Below are positions 33,695 through 40,809 of a stretch of 40,809 nucleotides of DNA, piece after piece. The DNA comes from Octopus bimaculoides (taxonomy: Eukaryota): assembly GCF_001194135.2 (NCBI RefSeq), contig NC_068993.1, positions 10,260,795 through 10,301,603 of the forward strand. The letters run 5' to 3'. Position 1 is the first letter of the stretch, and every line of letters starts with the position of its first letter. The notes beneath the pieces are model-generated. The model worked only from the letters and a program-made list of their open reading frames with translations. It did not search any database and had not been told where the DNA came from. Position numbers and translations under genes: made by a program.

Positions 33695-34120
33695 CTACTA
33701 CTACTACTACCACTGCAGCAACAACAACAACAACAAGCATGTAAAGGTTAAGTTTTCCCTGCTAAAGCAGGAGTTAGCTTCAAAGACCTCACAGCATTTT
33801 TCTCCATATTCTTAACTCTTTACATCCATCTCGCCCTTATATCCTCTGCTGTCATGCTTTGCCATGTCTTTCTTGCTCTTCCCTTTCTTTTACTTTCTTC
33901 CATATTCCTTTCCATCACCCTCTCACCCAGTCACATTCATTTTTCTCAGCACATGACTCAGCCATCTCATCCCATTTCTTTTCACAACATTCATTATATG
34001 CTCTATCCTCACCATCCTCTGCAATTCACTGCCTTTCCTCTTCCTCGGTAATATTCCACTCATCCACTGCATCATTCTCCTTTCTTTTCTTTCCAGCCTT
34101 CTCTGCTGCTTCACATTAGT
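33695..34120 (-). mobile_element. RTE-clade LINE 3' fragment (degraded) with 3' terminus
   Basis: Translations RRLERKERRMMQWMSG...MRWLSHVLR and RVMERNMEESKRKGRARKTW, typical of the RTE ORF C-terminus; then a stem-loop and (TTG)n/(TAG)n tail. Confidence 0.7.
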
Positions 34121-34927
34121 TATCTACGTCTTGCTCTGATAAATCACGGCACTTGACTACGCAGTATACAAAGGCATGTGGTGGAGTCATTAGAGTGTTC
34201 AGCTCACGACTGTAAGGTCATGAGTTCAATTCCCTACAGCACGTTATGTCCTTGAGCAAGACACTTTATTTCATGTTACTCCAATCCACTCAGCTGGCAA
34301 AAATGGGTAATACCTGCACTTCTATGATCAACCTTGTCACATTCTGTGCCACACTGAATCTTCCTGAGAACTATGTGAAGAGTATGCATGTCTGCAGAGT
34401 GATCAGCTATTTACAAATTAATTTCAAGAGCAAGCTGTTCCATTGATTGGATCAACTGGAATCCTCGTCATTGTAACAGTTTTCCAGTTTCAGTGATACT
34501 CCCCTTCTCATTTACTGTGCCACTAAGTTCCCAGACGTTGCTCTATGCGCATCTCAATCCTAGCCAGTCACCAAGTCTGACCCACCTCCTCCATGCAATG
34601 TGTCTCCTATGTAGCAAAATACTTTCTCATGCCTTCCAACTTCATGTCGTTTCCAAGATCCGGTTCAACATTCTCTCCTTCTGCAGCTCCCACTATGTAG
34701 CTGCTGTTATATAATAATCCTCATAATAATCCTACGTAGCTGCTGTTACATAATAATCCTCACGCACCCCTGCCTTTTCAACAAGTTCACTAAGTACACA
34801 ATCCATGGGTAATTGACTGATGTGATAACACACACACACACATGCAAATTTAAACAATACCATTTTGATACACAGTTAATAAAAATAAAACTATATAAAT
34901 GAAAACAAACAAACAAAATACAATGAT

Positions 34928-35087
34928 TTGACCCTTTAGTATTCAAACCAGCCATATCAGACCCAAATATTCAACTTATTTTATGTTCAAATTGACCAGA
35001 TCAGGCCCCTTACACCTACCATACAATGTAATTCTAAAACTATACAATCACAAAATTACAAAATAATCTGAATGCTAAAGGGTTTAA
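34928..35087. mobile_element. Internally deleted copy of the TTAA-flanked MITE
   Basis: TTGACCCTTTAGTATT...AATGCTAAAGGGTTTAA; internal match to 22602-22720. Confidence 0.7.
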
Positions 35088-35102
35088 GGTTATTTATTCT
35101 AC

Positions 35103-35170
35103 CTTTTAGCTTCATGTGGAACTTTTTCACGGGGTTACCAAATTTAAAATTTTCTCCACTTAACAACCGC
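35103..35170 (-). CDS. NFRKB: NFRKB exon (DEUBAD): RLLSGENFKFGNPVKKFHMKLK
   Basis: aacag / gtagaa, 68 nt, phase 2-1; resembles human LFSGENFRFGNPL. Confidence 0.9.
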
Positions 35171-35642
35171 CTGTTAATAAAGAATTAATAATAAAGAAAC
35201 GATAGGGAAAAAGGGAAAGAAATAGACATAGAACAGCTGAATTTATAGAATGCAATAATGAAGACTGAATTAATGATTAACTGTAGAAGTATGATTTAGT
35301 AACAAAAAAAAAAAAGACAAGAGTGCAGAATAGTTTCAATTTCTGGTTTTAACTAATCCATTTTGTTTATATAGTATCTATGGGAAATATTTATATCATA
35401 ATGTTTTTCCCATAGCCAGACGTGTTTTTTATAGGAAATTAATTGGAAATGAATGACACTGTTTGTATGACAGTCACTCCCAGTTTCAAGTGATGTCAAC
35501 ACACAAGGAAACACAAACATACACATGCCCACACACACACACAGATATATACATAACAAGAAGTAAAAGGGATTAATCAATCCATCAGGTATCTTTAAAC
35601 GTTCAGTGTTAAACAAATTATATTTCTTCTTCATGTTCTTTT

Positions 35643-36241
35643 NNNNNNNNNNNNNNNNNNNNNNNNNNNNNNNNNNNNNNNNNNNNNNNNNNNNNNNNNN
35701 NNNNNNNNNNNNNNNNNNNNNNNNNNNNNNNNNNNNNNNNNNNNNNNNNNNNNNNNNNNNNNNNNNNNNNNNNNNNNNNNNNNNNNNNNNNNNNNNNNNN
35801 NNNNNNNNNNNNNNNNNNNNNNNNNNNNNNNNNNNNNNNNNNNNNNNNNNNNNNNNNNNNNNNNNNNNNNNNNNNNNNNNNNNNNNNNNNNNNNNNNNNN
35901 NNNNNNNNNNNNNNNNNNNNNNNNNNNNNNNNNNNNNNNNNNNNNNNNNNNNNNNNNNNNNNNNNNNNNNNNNNNNNNNNNNNNNNNNNNNNNNNNNNNN
36001 NNNNNNNNNNNNNNNNNNNNNNNNNNNNNNNNNNNNNNNNNNNNNNNNNNNNNNNNNNNNNNNNNNNNNNNNNNNNNNNNNNNNNNNNNNNNNNNNNNNN
36101 NNNNNNNNNNNNNNNNNNNNNNNNNNNNNNNNNNNNNNNNNNNNNNNNNNNNNNNNNNNNNNNNNNNNNNNNNNNNNNNNNNNNNNNNNNNNNNNNNNNN
36201 NNNNNNNNNNNNNNNNNNNNNNNNNNNNNNNNNNNNNNNNN
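35643..36241. other. Assembly gap (N)
   Basis: Run of N. Confidence 1.
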
Positions 36242-36242
36242 A

Positions 36243-36275
<33 letters not shown>

Positions 36276-36600
36276 CATATATAATATATATAAATACATA
36301 TAATATATATATATATAGGTTGGGCTTCTTTCAGTTTCCATATAGCATATCCATTCACAAGGTTTTGATTGTTCCAGGGTTATAGTACAATTTACTTGCC
36401 CAAGGTACCACACTGTGGGACAGAATTCAAAGCCATGTGGTTTAGGAACAAACTTCTTAACCACATACCCACACCTCCAAAATTTGCAAAATTGCGAACA
36501 ATGTCAAAAAATATTTTGATAAGACAGCAGATAACTCTCTGAAATTACAGGTATTTAGAAACAGATTTGGAAACCAAATTCTAATATTTGAAACACTTAC

Positions 36601-36656
36601 TTGACAGTTGTCTGTTTTTGTTCTTGATCATCAACAGGAAATGTAGGCAGAAATTT
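36601..36656 (-). CDS. NFRKB: NFRKB exon (DEUBAD): KFLPTFPVDDQEQKQTTV(K)
   Basis: ttttcag / gtaagt, 56 nt, phase 0-2; resembles human QFLPQFPEDSAEQQ. Confidence 0.9.
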
Positions 36657-37701
36657 CTGAAATTTTGTATAAAAATTCTAAATGAACTTATTGCTAAAAA
36701 TGTTCTGAGTATAAAATGATATTTAGAATATTATAAACATCCATGTAAAAAGCACTGATGCTGGTACCACATAAAAAGCACTGGTGATAGTGTCGCATAA
36801 AAAGCACTGGTGTTGGTGCTACATAGAAAACACGCTGTACACTCTGTAAAGTGGTTGGCTTTCGGAAGGGTATGCAGTTGTAGAAACCAAGCTAAAACAG
36901 ACTACAGATCCTGGTGCAACCCCTGGCCTTGTCAACTCCTGTCAAACTGTCCAACCCATGCCAGCATGGAAAATGGACAATAAATGACGACGACGATGAT
37001 GACTATGCTGATGGTGAATTTGAGAGAGAGCAAAGAGATACAGTCCACTGATGGGATTTGAACTAATGAATCTATCACTTTGCAGGTAGTTGTATTACCA
37101 ATCACACTACAGAACACCTTACAGTCTCTCTCTGTCTTAAATCAGGTAATTACAAACAACTTCATTTTTTTAATAACTGAGCTATTTTTACCTCTATAAT
37201 AGAATCGGTCATTTACTTAGCATGAATAACAATTTCAAATCTTGGCACATAGTCAGCTGGTTCCACGCAAAAAAGCACCGATAACAGTGCCACATAAACA
37301 CACACTCTGTAAAGGGGTTGGCATTAGAAAAGGCATAGAAACCAGGCCAAAACAGACAAATGGAATCCAAGACAGCCCTTCAGCTGGTCACTTCCTGTCA
37401 AACTGTCCAACCCATGCCAGCATGGAAAACAGATGTTAAATGATAATAGTGACGATGAAGATGATGGAGTTAATCAATTACACCCCCCCACCACTACTTG
37501 ACTGGTATTTTGTTTTATCAACCCTGAAAAGATGAAAGGTAACGTTGACCTTTGTGGTATTTGAAACCAGAATATAAAGACTCTGAAGAAACGCTGCTAA
37601 GCCTTTTGTTCAACATGGCAATGAATCTGCCAGGTTACCATCTTATTTAGTGCGTATAATAATATTCAATATCTTTCCAAAACTAAAAGTCCATTACTTA
37701 C

Positions 37702-37779
37702 CATGAGATGATGGCGTTGGGCTGGTGTGAGCACTTTTTCCCAGGTTTCAAAATTGATTACTTCATTAAATATAAAACT
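37702..37779 (-). CDS. NFRKB: NFRKB exon (first visible; DEUBAD): SFIFNEVINFETWEKVLTPAQRHHLM
   Basis: tttttcag acceptor, gtaagt donor, 78 nt, phase 0-0; resembles human EIFFDVVSLSTWQEVLSDSQREHLQ. Confidence 0.88.
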
Positions 37780-38404
37780 CTGAAAAACAATAAATAATAA
37801 TTATGAATAAGTTAACTGCCAAGATTTTCGATATTCTTATATTGAAAATCATGATACAAACTAATTTGATTCAAAAACGAGCACAAACTTAGTCACAAGT
37901 CTTTTGCTCTTTTCTGTCATCTCAAATTAATACAATTGGCAGTGTGTCTCTATGTCTTTGTTTGTCCATCTCCTCTCTAACATATATACCAAAGGCAGTT
38001 ACCTGCTTTGATACTTTCTCTCTCTCTCTGTATTTCATAGAAATATTGCCAGGCCATTTAGTTAGCTGAATACTGAGCTAAATATACATACACTTCACTA
38101 CCTATGTATAAATTGTATCTGTGTATATATATAAATATATATACAGAGAGAGAGAGAGAGAGAGAGGTAGAAAGATACAGAAATACATTTTTTTTATTCT
38201 CAAACGTGTGATAATGCTAATAAATAGCGTGATCAGGATAAATTATCCATACATTGCAGAAAAACACGTTCCACACCTCGGAGGATTCAAGCTGTAATTA
38301 CTGCCAGAGACGGTCCTACTCCATATTAAAATAAATTTGTTTGAAATGTTAAGGTGTTTCCATTATTTTGTTCAACCCCTTTATATATATTTATACTTTT
38401 ATTC

Positions 38405-39610
38405 TTTTATGTGTTTCAGCTAGGTGGCTGCGGTGATGCTGGAGCAGCACCATGATTTTTTTTTCCACTCTTTATTTTTGTATCCTCTCCACAACCCTTC
38501 TGTGGTTCCTCTCCTCCGACTAATGCGATCCCATCAAAATTGTCGATGGCCCATCTGGTGAATGAGGGAATTTGGCACTGCTGCCCTCAACTGTGCCTCA
38601 TGTCGAGCCATTGGTTCGTCTGGTTTGGGGATACGAGAGTGTCCAGTTTCTTTCCGAAGACTTCCACGTCTACATCGTGTAAGTTTCTCAATTGTTTTGG
38701 CGGAACATTGAAGAGCTGTGGTCCTCTGAACACTAGGCTACTGCAGTACCTGGTCCTTATATTAGATGCATTGGATGATACCTTCAGTACTATGCAGTGG
38801 CATCCAGTTCAACACTTGATGCCAAAATTAGGTACCAGCCCTTCCAGTATTTTCCACATGTAAATTATTACCTATCTCTCATGTCTGCGCTCTAGAGAGT
38901 AGAGGTGTAGTTCTTTCGGCCTCTCCCTGTAGTTCATCTGTCGGACTGTAGCAATCTTTTTAGTGTAGTGACTCTGGATTGCTTCAAGCTCCGTTGTTAG
39001 TTTGATGCTGTGTGGTGACCACAGCTGAGAGCAGTAGTCTGGGTGGCTGAGGACAAAAAAGGTCTTCCATAGAGTCAACATGACTTCTTGATCTCTTGTC
39101 CTTAATGTCCTTAGTATCCATCCTGCCAGTTGTTTGCATGATTACACATACTGAAGCCCAGGTCTCTCACTTTGTGATTCTAGGATAGCAGTACCTCCGG
39201 GTCCTGTAAATGCAGGTTGTGGAGCATTTGCGATCTTATAGCACAGTGCTTGAAATTTTTCAGCATTAAATTGCATATTGCTTTGCTCTGCCCACTTGCA
39301 TATTGCATTTAGGTCATTCTGCAGGTTTACAACATCATCAGGATACTTTATTGCCTGTGATAATTTTGTATCATCAGCATAACTAATGACAGTGGGCATG
39401 TCTAAGAGGGCTACTATAAACAGTAATGGCCCTAAGACAGTTCCCTGAGAGACACCTCTTGAAATTTGTGTTTCTCTAGAGAGTGCACGATTGGTTGCAA
39501 CTGTCTGACTTCTAGTGTTTAGGAAGTCATGCAGCCACTCTCCTAGTTTACCAGCTATAGCAACGTTTTGCAGCTTGTGACATATCATGTCATGATCAAC
39601 ATTTGAATGA
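38405..39610 (-). mobile_element. CR1-type LINE fragment: reverse transcriptase plus C-terminus and 3' tail, frameshifted
   Basis: VDHD...LGEWLHDFL...GVSQGTVLGPLLF...SYADDTK...LQNDLNAICKWA...MQFNAEKF; then LSHPDYCSQLWSP, LYSLERR, GPQLFN. Confidence 0.88.
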
Positions 39611-39632
39611 CCAACCAGCTGCTTCAGGACCC

Positions 39633-39677
<45 letters not shown>

Positions 39678-40062
39678 NNNNNNNNNNNNNNNNNNNNNNN
39701 NNNNNNNNNNNNNNNNNNNNNNNNNNNNNNNNNNNNNNNNNNNNNNNNNNNNNNNNNNNNNNNNNNNNNNNNNNNNNNNNNNNNNNNNNNNNNNNNNNNN
39801 NNNNNNNNNNNNNNNNNNNNNNNNNNNNNNNNNNNNNNNNNNNNNNNNNNNNNNNNNNNNNNNNNNNNNNNNNNNNNNNNNNNNNNNNNNNNNNNNNNNN
39901 NNNNNNNNNNNNNNNNNNNNNNNNNNNNNNNNNNNNNNNNNNNNNNNNNNNNNNNNNNNNNNNNNNNNNNNNNNNNNNNNNNNNNNNNNNNNNNNNNNNN
40001 NNNNNNNNNNNNNNNNNNNNNNNNNNNNNNNNNNNNNNNNNNNNNNNNNNNNNNNNNNNNNN
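39678..40062. other. Assembly gap (N)
   Basis: Run of N. Confidence 1.
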
Positions 40063-40109
40063 ATATATATATTTATATATATGTATGTATATATTTACCT
40101 ATATTTATT

Positions 40110-40149
<40 letters not shown>

Positions 40150-40770
40150 TTTTTGTCATTTCAGCTCAGCGATCCGACCATGCTGGATCACCGCCATTTT
40201 GTTACACTCTTAATACCGAGAGCCTCCTCTAATATGTGGCACTTGGTGAAGAATGGAGCTTGATGTAGCTACCCTCATTTGCACTTCTTGCCGTGAGGTA
40301 GGCTCATCTGGAACTCATGACAGGAAGAGGTCCAGCCTTAATTTTAAAATACCTACATCTACTTTGTGCAGGTTCCTCAGGTTCTTTGGGAGAATATTAA
40401 AAAGCTGTGGGCCCCTGAAACCCAGGCTGTTGCAGTAACTGATCCTGAAGCGCAATGGCATTGCTGGGATCTTTGGCACTGTACAGTGTTGACCTGTTCT
40501 GGCATTGGTGTAGCCTTCAATGCCAAAATTTGGCACAATTCTTTCCAGGATCTTCCAGATGTATATTACTGCATACCTCTCCCACTTTCACTCCAGGGAG
40601 TAGAGTCTTAGCTGTTTCAGCCTTTCCCAGTAGCCGAGCAGTAATCCAGGTGGCTGAGGACAAATGTCCTCTGGAGGACCATCATGCTTTCTTTATCTCT
40701 GGTTCTGAAAGTTCTCAGGATCCATCCAGCCAGTCGTCTGCACTTTGTTGCCATCCTGGTAATGCGCACT
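40150..40770 (-). mobile_element. Second CR1-type LINE 3' fragment with internal deletion
   Basis: RRLAGWILRTF...VLSHLDYCS, then YWERLKQLRLYSLE*...NSLGFRGPQLFNILP; collinear with 38405-39140. Confidence 0.85.
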
Positions 40771-40809
40771 TGATATATATATATATATATATCATCATCA
40801 TCATTCAAC

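Larger units (their letters stand above)
7784..37779 (-). other. NFRKB: NFRKB (nuclear factor related to kappa-B-binding protein / INO80G) gene span, 5'-incomplete, 23 visible coding exons
   Basis: Exon translations match remembered human NFRKB motifs in collinear order: ENF[RK]FGNP, WQ.SP.SSLN.W, SVVGPVKGV, KAREH.LL.SDRP.YVTIL.L, DSQFLAP, VVSGALDRLHYEKDPCVKYD..RKLWIYLHR, IHQAQ.AA.KA. All visible introns are GT-AG and phases are consistent across junctions. Visible CDS is 3,889 nt. Confidence 0.96.

Noticed and set aside
34693-34761. 30-bp direct repeat with 39-bp period
   Set aside because: Ordinary local slippage duplication in an intron, with no further structure.
38003-38038. ATG...CAG|GTAAC (MKYREREKVSKQ), phase 0, as a possible NFRKB start exon
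   Set aside because: Built on an (AG)n microsatellite and unlike the conserved NFRKB N-terminus (human CLLGGTRVSLPEDLLED). The real first coding exon is more likely outside the window or in a gap.

Overview
AT-rich, repeat-dense, intron-rich animal DNA with six assembly gaps. The repeat families look like those of an octopus/coleoid cephalopod (inference from repeat content, not verified by search). The main feature is one minus-strand gene, NFRKB (INO80G, an INO80 remodeller subunit). I reconstructed it by hand as 23 GT-AG exons from 37779 to the stop codon at 7784. All visible junctions join in one frame, giving about 1,318 aa: DEUBAD domain, two winged-helix-type regions and a long S/T/V/Q-rich tail. 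About 68 nt of one exon is hidden in the gap at 18612-19250, and the start-codon exon is not identifiable here. Introns and flanks carry at least four SINE-like families, CR1-type and RTE-type LINE fragments, TTAA-flanked and hAT-like MITEs, two large foldbacks, a perfect 32-bp palindrome and many microsatellites. I do not see a clear new biological system. The best leads are: (i) two apparent SINE/LINE shared 3' tails, (ii) several strong intronic dsRNA-forming structures that could be ADAR substrates, (iii) MITEs that repeatedly sit next to splice sites, and (iv) a CpG-rich candidate promoter/first exon of a neighbouring gene near 3.4 kb.
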